A stretch of 64,000 nt of DNA from the human T2T-CHM13v2.0 reference genome, Homo sapiens: assembly GCF_009914755.1 (NCBI RefSeq), contig NC_060933.1. One strand, written 5' to 3'. Position numbers and translations under genes: made by a program. Below are positions 51,279-64,000 of this stretch, piece by piece. Under the pieces are notes generated by a model, which saw nothing but the letters and a program-made list of their open reading frames with translations, ran no database searches and was not told where the DNA came from. Position 1 is the first letter of the stretch; the number at the start of each line of letters is the position of its first letter.

Positions 51279-53108
51279 CAAGTACATGCTTTTTTTCCTC
51301 TTGTTGGGATTGGCCTGGGCTATACCTATCTCATGGTGGAAGCCTGCCTAGGGACCAGGCCCTAGAAGACCAGCAGTTTATTTAACTGGGTTGGCTTTTG
51401 TCCCCACTCCCTGTGACCCAGCCCTGCCATATCTTTACCCAGGTGCACCACTGACATCATTGCTCGGCTGGACTCTGGAAAGCAGGAAATTGCTGGAGCA
51501 TGTTTGGGGCATCAGTGATGTCACCCGCTACGAATGCCGGGTGGGGTTACTGGACTGAGGGCCATGAAAAAAGAAAGCTGCGGCCCTGCCCCGTGGACTC
51601 ACTGCCATTCTGTTCTTTCTCACGTTTCAGTTCAGCTCACTTTGTTTTCCGTCCCCCTCCCTCTACTGTAAAAGTATGTACTCAGTGTTTCATTTCCTGC
51701 TGGATCTGATTCAGGTCAGTGATGAAGTTCTTTGCGAGCTCAGTGGGGAGGCGTTTCCTCCCTTTCATACCGGCCCTGCTTAGGGATGCATGGTTGGTTA
51801 TATACTTGCTTCACTCAGTTAGGCATGGAGGAGAATTCCTTCAGACCTCATAGGTTTAAATCAAATGCATGACCCTTCACATTTTCCAGAGATTTAGACA
51901 GTTACAGTGAGACAATTAAACATTCACCCCCCAAGCTGCACTTGGAGATGTGTAAGCAGTAATGTAGTCATGCGCTCCCCATGATATGAGAGTGTGCAGA
52001 ATGCCACTCCCCACAGCAGGTCCACCAGGACCTCCTCAGGGAGCATCTTGCCTACAAAATCACCCATCCCTTTTTCCCCACTCTCTTCACTTACCCTACG
52101 TTTCCACTCCCACACCCACAAATAAACAAAGAAACTTTGAGCTTATTTTACAAAAGTCTTTGAAATGGCCCTCCTCTCTCCGATGCTCCTGGGCCCTGGT
52201 TTGGCCCCATCTGTGCAGTTTCTCTGATGAGTGTGAAATAAGCCAGGTTTGGCTCATGCTCTCCCTGTGAGCTTGCTCTCCCCGTGAGCCTGCCCTCTCC
52301 ATCTGGCCTCACTTTGTTTGTGTCCCTGTGTCCTTTGTCTCTGATCCTGGGATCCTGGTGGTTTCCTCCTCCCCGCCCAGCTTGGATCCTTTTCCCCAGG
52401 GTTCTTCCCTATCTCTACATCAGAATTTCCTGCTTTCTCCCAAATATGCATTTCCCTGGCCCAGGCATCCATTGCTTCCTCTCATCGTGAGGTCCCTGCA
52501 GCAGGCTGCCGATGGTGTTGTGGCCATGCCTTCCTCCACAACCCAGGGAAAGCTACATGTGTGTCTGTCCCATAGGGAAGGAGTCATCCCTGTCTCTTCA
52601 GTGTGGCATGTTCAGGAGGAAGGAAAGTAACCAGCGTCGTTCTCAATTTCCGGAAACTGTTTATCATACTGACAAGAAGAAGAAAGCTTTGTGACTCATG
52701 AGAATGATGTTTTCCTCTCTGGTACATAAGGTTATGTAGGTCCAATCCATTGTGTAGAGGATCTTTTCTCCCTTAATGGGATGTACACTTATTTTTAGCA
52801 CAAGTATAAAACTACTTTAAATGAAATCAGCCTCAGCCAGGGAAATATGCTGAGTAATAATGTTGCCAGGTACTATACCACTGAGTTGAGTTTGCAGTTC
52901 ACTGCTATTAATCCCTGCGTGGTAGTTCTGAATTTTTACTCTTTGCATACATAGAAAAATGGTGTTTCTCTTCAGAGTCAAGGAGGGAAAAAAGAAAAGA
53001 TAAAAGACGCTTATAACACTTTTGTGTCCACCCCTAAAATCAGCATATTGATCTACTATTTTTCTAGGTATTGATGGAATATTGACTCATATACTTTCAT
53101 ACAACTGG

Positions 53109-53144
<36 letters not shown>

Positions 53145-53724
53145 TCATTTTTCTTCCACTTTCATCTACAGCCTACTTGTTTTTTTCCCGCCATTTTTCA
53201 TTTGGATTCATAGCAAAAATTGACAACAAAGATACATCTCAATTTAGAGCTTCCAAAAGGCACCCATAAAAGTATCTGGTGCTCATGGAACTTCTCTTTC
53301 TTCTGTGTCTCTTAGTTACACTTTTCTCTTATTACACTTTTCTATCCAGCCGTGGCTAAGAGGCATATAATCAGAAGCAGCTAAGCAATGTATGCAAGGG
53401 AAATAAAATGAACGCAAACCAAGATAACCGGTTTTGTAAATTAGATAGCAAGGCCACCCTCAGTGTCAGTTTGAGGGTTTCGTGGGAAGCCTAAGAAATA
53501 TAACTGATATAACTGATATATTATCAGTTATAAAAAAAGTTATAAGAAAAGGGTCAAGCTTTAAAACTGGAATTGGCTTTTCAAATTTAATGAGCAAAAA
53601 GAAATCCCAAAACTGGAATTGTAATTGTGGAGAAATAGAACTGATAATATCTGGAACTTACAGCAGTTTACAGGCTTAACTATGTATGTGTTCCTTAAAT
53701 TATCCACCCGCAGATATCAGATTA

Positions 53725-53925
53725 CAAGAAGTCCTCACTTAATGTCATTGATAGGTTCTTGGAAACTACCACTTTAAGCAAAAGGACATAATGCATACAA
53801 AACCAATTTTCCCAGAGTCTAATTGATAGGAAAAAGAGTTGAGTTATGAAGCCACACAGTACCTCGTTTGGCTTAAAGTCACTGTTTCCAAGAACATATC
53901 CACAATGTTAAGTAAGGACTTACTG
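53725..53925. mobile_element. MER82-like (TcMar-Tigger) internally deleted element
   Basis: TIRs CAAGAAGTCCTCACTTAATG...GGTTCTTGGAAAC and GTTTCCAAGAAC...GTTAAGTAAGGACTTACTG; TA TSD. Confidence 0.75.
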
Positions 53926-54450
53926 TAAATGAAAATATTTGCAGTAAATCGCTTTTGAGAGAATTGGTTATCACACTCTTCTCTGGGTATCACTGAAAAT
54001 TCAGAATGTTTAGTTACATCAGGCTATACTCACTGGTATGAAATCAGGGAGCAAGTATAAAGTAGGTGTAGGGAAATAATTTATGTTGGATTAAATGATC
54101 CAATGAAGGAATTTTATTAAGCCCCTAGAAATCCCAGAATGAAAATGTATAACTGCATGACTAACCCCTGTAAGAATTTGCTGGGGTTTCTGCATTAAGT
54201 ACGCTTCCCAGGCCATTTGTAATGAAGGTACCGTGATCTGTTAAGGAAGAGACCTACACCTGGGAACATAAACAGCCAATTCCATCCTGGACATCAGTCT
54301 CCTGTTTGACTCATTCCAACCCCAAGAATATGTTGTAGAGTGTAGGACCCATGAAAGTTACCTACTGTGCTTCCCTGTACCTTCCATCATCCAGTTCCCA
54401 AACATACCTGTGTTTCTTCTCTGAATGCATAGTTACTTGGGATCCCATGT

Positions 54451-54823
54451 TGTATTAGTCTGTTCTCACACTGCTGTAAAAAACTACTTGAGAGTGGATA
54501 GTTTATAAAGAAACAAGGTTTAATTGACTCAGTTTTGCAGGCTATACAGGAGGCATGGCTGGGGAGGCCTCAGGAAACTTACAATCATGGGGAAGGCAAA
54601 GGGGAAACAAGTACATATTCACATGGCGGCAGGAAAGAGAGAGAGTGAAGGGGCAGTTCCACACACTTTTAAACAACCAGATCTCATGAGAACTCACTAG
54701 CACGAGAAAAACAAGGGGGAAATTCATCCCCATGATACAGTCACCTCCCACCAGGCCCCTCCTCCAACACTGAAGCTCATAATTCATGAGATTTGGCTGG
54801 GGACACAGCGCCAAACCATATCA
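54451..54823 (-). mobile_element. MaLR solo LTR (THE1D/MSTA type)
   Basis: TGTATTAGTCTGTTCTCAC...GGGGACACAGCGCCAAACCATATCA. Confidence 0.88.
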
Positions 54824-55439
54824 TATGCCTTTCCCAGGACTGGTGTTGGAGGAACAGTGCCTTTGTCACACCTACCAGAATATACTCACCCACTTCCAGA
54901 CACTCCATTTCTCTTTCAAGCACACCTCCTCACTTGTGCCGCCAGCTAAGGTTTACTGCAGTTACTTCCTTTGTGTGTCCTCTTACCTTACCAAGTCGCC
55001 TCACCCACCATCTACTGTTAATTAAATTACCACCTCCCCCACTTCCCCACCTCCAGAGTAGAGACTGTGTCTTCAGTTCTCTTGGCCTTCCCACAATGGG
55101 AAGTCTGGTGTGGAACATACCCTAGGAGCCAACTAAATGTGGTAGTGGCCTGCCAACCCTGCAGAGGGCTAGCAAATCTTCAGGGAGTCTGCTGCCGGTG
55201 GAAACTCACCAGTACTAGAATCCCAGGCTCCAAAGAAGTTTAGAAAAGTACGTCTTTTAAGGAGCTAATAAGAGGTTCAAGTTTCCACAAATCCTATCTG
55301 CTCTTGGCCTAGTTCTTTTGGGATCAGTGTGCTAGTCTCTCTTCTCAAACTAGTTACTGACCAGCAAGACTAAAAAACCAGGCCCAAACACATTCTATTC
55401 ATGTGCTTAGATATAGACCTATGGATCAAATATCCCACT

Positions 55440-56423
<984 letters not shown>

Positions 56424-56437
56424 CAGAGCTGTTATGA

Positions 56438-58927
<2,490 letters not shown>

Positions 58928-60980
58928 GAGGGCATTATAAAAATGCCTCATGGAAAAAATATTATTTTAACAATTAGTAAAGTAAAATAAAAATTTGTGA
59001 CTCATAAAGACACACTTCATTTTCATACTCTATTTTTTTTTTTTTTTACAAATGGGACTTGAATATTTTAAGATACAATTTAAAAAGTCAAGTAATTTTA
59101 ATCAGAAATTTCAAAAAAATAAAACCCTGAATCCAATTCAAATTTCACTTACTTGGAAATTGTCACTGATATAAATTTATTTATATAAATGTGATATAAC
59201 CAATAAAGATATGTAATAGAGTCATTGTTAATTTGGGTAAAAAAATTTTAAAAACAATGCAAACTTGTATTACCTCCATATGTATGTATGTACACATGTA
59301 CACATATATGAATATTTATATATATATTTGCATACACACACCATATATATACCTGTGTATAAATGAATAACAATGGAATGTCAGTTGGCCTCTACTACAA
59401 CATTTGAAGGCCCATTGCACAATGGCCAGAACAGAGACGACATCAGAATGCAACTTAAAATTTCCAAGATGACTTGAATTATATCTGAATTTCTAACAGG
59501 GCATAGAGAAATTAAAATCTTGTTTGATTATGCTTCTTTGCTTATTACTGGGAGAGCCTCACATGAAAAGCAGATCAGGATATTCTCTTACCAAATGTGT
59601 TAATTAACAGTCAGTTCATAATGTAAGGGTGACTCAAATAGCAGATTCAATATCAAACAGGAAGGGCTTTTGTAGCCCGTTCTATTTTCGGTCAACCACA
59701 ATCCACCCACTCCTGCTGAAATAAAAACTTAAAAGGCAGGTGGAGGAAAATATGTTCTAGACCAAGGGGTAGGTTCCGGGTCTGCAAAAGACATAGTGTG
59801 CCACCCACAAACACACAAGTTCAAGGAGCGTGGCTCAATCCTTCAGAAAATTGGTTCTAACTTTCAAATCATTAGGGATCTTCTTTATGAAAGATATAGC
59901 AAACAAAAACACAAAATATACCCCTCTAAGATTATTAGGAAGTTAAAAAAAAGTGACTTGTAACTTTTAATAAATAACTAGGGAGGTAAGCTTGTTCATT
60001 TCTGAGATTCACAACTTTTATAAAGATGCTGTATTAATACTTGAATTGTGCTATGTTCAATAGAAGCAATGAGACATAAGCCATACTGAGAGAAGAAAAA
60101 AATTTTACAACAAGAAAATCTAATGCTGTTTAATTTCTTTAAATATTTATTAATTTCTGAATGCTATGTGATTGCTTTTATATTAATTTTTCAGTAGAGA
60201 AATTGAATACAATTGAATACAATTTCTCAGTTGAGAAATTAAATACAATGGATTTTAGTGTGATGACATACTTGATGGGATAATTTTAAAATCATGATTT
60301 TAATTAGATATAATACTTTTAGGTAGAATAATAAAAATAAAGGAAAACCGATTTTCTTTAAATTCCATCAATTATTTCTTTCTCACAATAATTAATATGT
60401 AATTTACCAATGATGTAGTAGATTAATACCAGATTCTCTTACTTTTGGTTTCATCAAAAAATGACGAGAATTTTTCTCTGATTGATGTTCAGTTACTTTC
60501 AGATGGCTTGTAATCTTGTACTTTCAACATTAAAGATTTTTTTCACATATTGATACCAATCATTTTATGATATATCTGATTTTATAATTATGTATTCATT
60601 GTATTCAAATGAGAGTTATGGTTGTATACAGTAAGAATTATAATAGAGGAAGTTATCTGGTGCTCCAGGAATTTAAATAAGAGAAGATATAAAGATCTCA
60701 GACTTTGTATCAATATTTTAATTGGATCCTGAAAAATGAATGAAGATAGACAGAAAACAAGTAAAAAATGGTCTAAGCAGATGGAATAAAAGAGTAAAAG
60801 GAAAGTAATAGAAAAGTGTGTGTGTCTTTGAAGGAACATAACCTGTTCTGGGTGTGGCTACAGCACAGGTTTGTGAAGGAAAATGTTAAATGATTGAGGA
60901 GAATGTCTCTCAATATCAGTGATTTTGTATTTTACCCTTCAATGATGGGACATAAGTAAACAATTTTTAAAAGCATAGTG

Positions 60981-61088
60981 GGTGTGTGTGTATATATAGT
61001 ATATATAGTATATAGCATGTCTATACTTATACTATATACATACATATAATGTGTATGTATATATGTATATATAGTATACATATATACT
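60981..61088. repeat. (TG/TA)-rich low-complexity repeat
   Basis: Directly visible. Confidence 0.75.
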
Positions 61089-61898
61089 TTTCATTCTAGA
61101 TAGAAGTTTTTGAGATGCAGTTAGAAGAAAAAGTCAGAAAGAATAGTCAAGATTATTCCAGCAGTACAGGCATGATGTGATGAATGACTAAATTAAAACA
61201 TTAGCAGCAACACAGAAGAGAAATGGCAGAATAGAAAGGTAATTCAAGGTAGAAACAGCTGAACTTAATAATTCATTTAGAAGGAAGAGTCAAGGTATAA
61301 ATACTCTAAATTTTCTTGGCGACTGGCTTGATATTATCATCATTAGCTGAGATGGGCAATGCTTTAAAAGAAATAGATTTATTTGCCAAAATATAAAATG
61401 TGTTTATGGCTATGTCAAATTTGAGATGCAGGTGGTGAAGACAGAGGGGGAGAATCAGTTGACATTTTAAAATATACGTTTGAAACCTACAGGAAAATAT
61501 TGGAGTAAAAAAAAATAAAGAAAATCAAACGTCAAAGGAAATGCTGGAAGTGTAGGAATGGATAAAAGGAGCACAGGAAAAGTGTGCAGAGCATTGTTAC
61601 CCAAAGTGCTGTGGGAATTTTATACACATATGAATACAACTCGCAAAACACACAAATATTTTTGCTTCCCTGGATCATTTACTGGAGTCTTTTACATACA
61701 CATTCTGAAGTATAAGGTATGCAGAATTTTCTAAGCGTATCATAGAATTCCATTCCAAGAATACATTTCAGGAAAACTATTGTCAATCAGGGAAACATTG
61801 GTGCAGAATAGTAAGAAAAGAAATACCCATTAAGACTAGTACTTACACAGTGGACTTGAAAAAACTAGGCAGCAAGGAGTTATTAAAAAGAAAGCATG

Positions 61899-62205
<307 letters not shown>

Positions 62206-62422
62206 ATGAAAGCATGGGGCCAACATTGAATGGTCTTAAGGAAGTCAAGGTAGAAGGAAATTTAAAGAAGGAAATGAGAAGCAATGCAGAATGTTTAGAA
62301 AGTCAATTAGGAAGCTCCCATAAATATTCTCACTATGTATTATAGGGAATTCATTTATAACTTCAAAAATACCACTCAAAAAAGATGGTAATTGTTGAAA
62401 TGAGATTTCAATGGGTGAAAGA

Positions 62423-62796
<374 letters not shown>

Positions 62797-63249
62797 TTAT
62801 GATTTTGGCTATAACTTGCTATGAATGGAAACAGCAACACACCACTGGATTTCAACTTTTGAGTGCTTAAGAAGGTGGAGATGGTGATTAAAATAATAAT
62901 AATAATAATAATGCTAAGTGTGTAATAGTTGCTAAGTGTGTGGTGTCTGAACCCAGGATATCAGGATGTCTGGAACTGGGATTGAATCCCAGCTCTTCCA
63001 CTTTCTGGTTATGTGAGTGACTGTAGGCAAATTACTTAATCTTTTAATGCTCCAGTTTCCCATATGTAAAATGAGAATTATAATAGTAAACTACTTCATG
63101 GCTTGTGAGGATGAAGTGCATGTAGAGTACTTAGTGAGTTCTCTTTGTGTATTATGTATTAGTTTCAAAATGCAGATTCTAGAGCCCTTAGATTCTCATT
63201 CAATAGGTATGAGGCAAGCACGGGCCAGGATTCTGCATTCTTTAAGGAG

Positions 63250-63720
63250 GTGTAATTTCCTATATCTGCTGTGACAAAGTGGTTCACATCAGGTCGCTTA
63301 AAATGAGATAAAGTTATTCTTTTACGGTTCAGGAAGCTAGAAATCTTAAATGAAGAAGTTAGCAGTGCTGCATTTTTCTCTCAAGGACCTGGGAAAAAAT
63401 CCTTTCTTGCTTCTTCTAGCACCGGGTGATCACTGAGCTTCATTGTCATTGCTTGGCTGGAGGATACCTCACTTTATTCTCTACCTCCATCCTCACATGG
63501 CCATCTCCTCCCTGCGTCTCTGTTTCCTCTTCCCTTCTTAGGAGGATATCAACCATATTGAATTATGGCCCACTCTAATGCATTATGAGCTCATCTAGCA
63601 TATCATAATTATACAGCATCTGCAAATAATTTGATTTTAAATTAAGTCATACTCACAGACATCAGGGGCTAGAACTCTAATATATATATTTTCTTTTTGA
63701 AGACACAATCTAACCCACAA
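63250..63720 (-). mobile_element. MLT1 (MaLR) LTR
   Basis: GCTGTGACAAAG...GCTTAAAA...AATCCTTTCTTGCTTCTTCTAGC...GACACAATCTAACCCACAA. Confidence 0.65.
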
Positions 63721-64000
63721 AAGGAGGGGAGCCGCTTAAGATCATAAATAACTCAAGTAACAAGACTGTGTGTTTAAAATAGCATTTAAATTTCTCCAAA
63801 TGGCAGACAGCTTAATTCAGATCAATACCAATCAGGAGATAAACAAGTGTTTGTCTCCTAATTGGCATTTACCTGAGATTAAAACATTATGGTAAAATAC
63901 ATTATCTTCGGTGATCTTTGGTTTAGGTGAGCATTCACAAGGCACACAGTTATTATCACTTGAGCCATCTCTCTCTAATAACTATTTTCTAATCTGCTGG

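Overview
Human genomic DNA (a human-specific AluYb8 sits at 179-483). It has the mosaic structure of a pericentromeric-type segmental duplication, and most likely lies at an AQP7P locus on chr9 (inference; the specific copy cannot be assigned). Blocks: (1) 1-13.4 kb, a stack of nested retroelements: old antisense L1M, AluYb8, a solo LTR12 with TTAA TSD, an ERV1-type LTR, and an older near-full-length L1PA interrupted by a twin-primed young L1PA2-like insertion. (2) ~13.4-19.2 kb, an AT-rich block that begins with a 268-bp templated copy of sequence 4.5 kb downstream. (3) ~20-41 kb, a complete unprocessed AQP7 paralogue on the minus strand with 8 exons, intact splice sites and intact promoter motifs; its only visible ORF lesion is one extra C in a homopolymer. 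(4) ~41-56.4 kb, a partial MTHFD1L duplicate with two intact late coding exons on the plus strand, head-to-head with the AQP7 promoter. (5) 56.4-64 kb, a 5'-truncated L1PA3-like element and AT-rich sequence. Best leads: a possible chimeric micro-gene (AQP7 upstream DNA supplies an ATG and splice donor in frame with the MTHFD1L exons), a homopolymer on/off switch for a 346-aa AQP7-like protein with an altered selectivity filter, and a large intronic inverted repeat showing signs of arm-to-arm gene conversion. AQP7, MTHFD1L and repeat-consensus comparisons are made from recalled sequences, not from alignments. No transcription or function can be shown from sequence alone.
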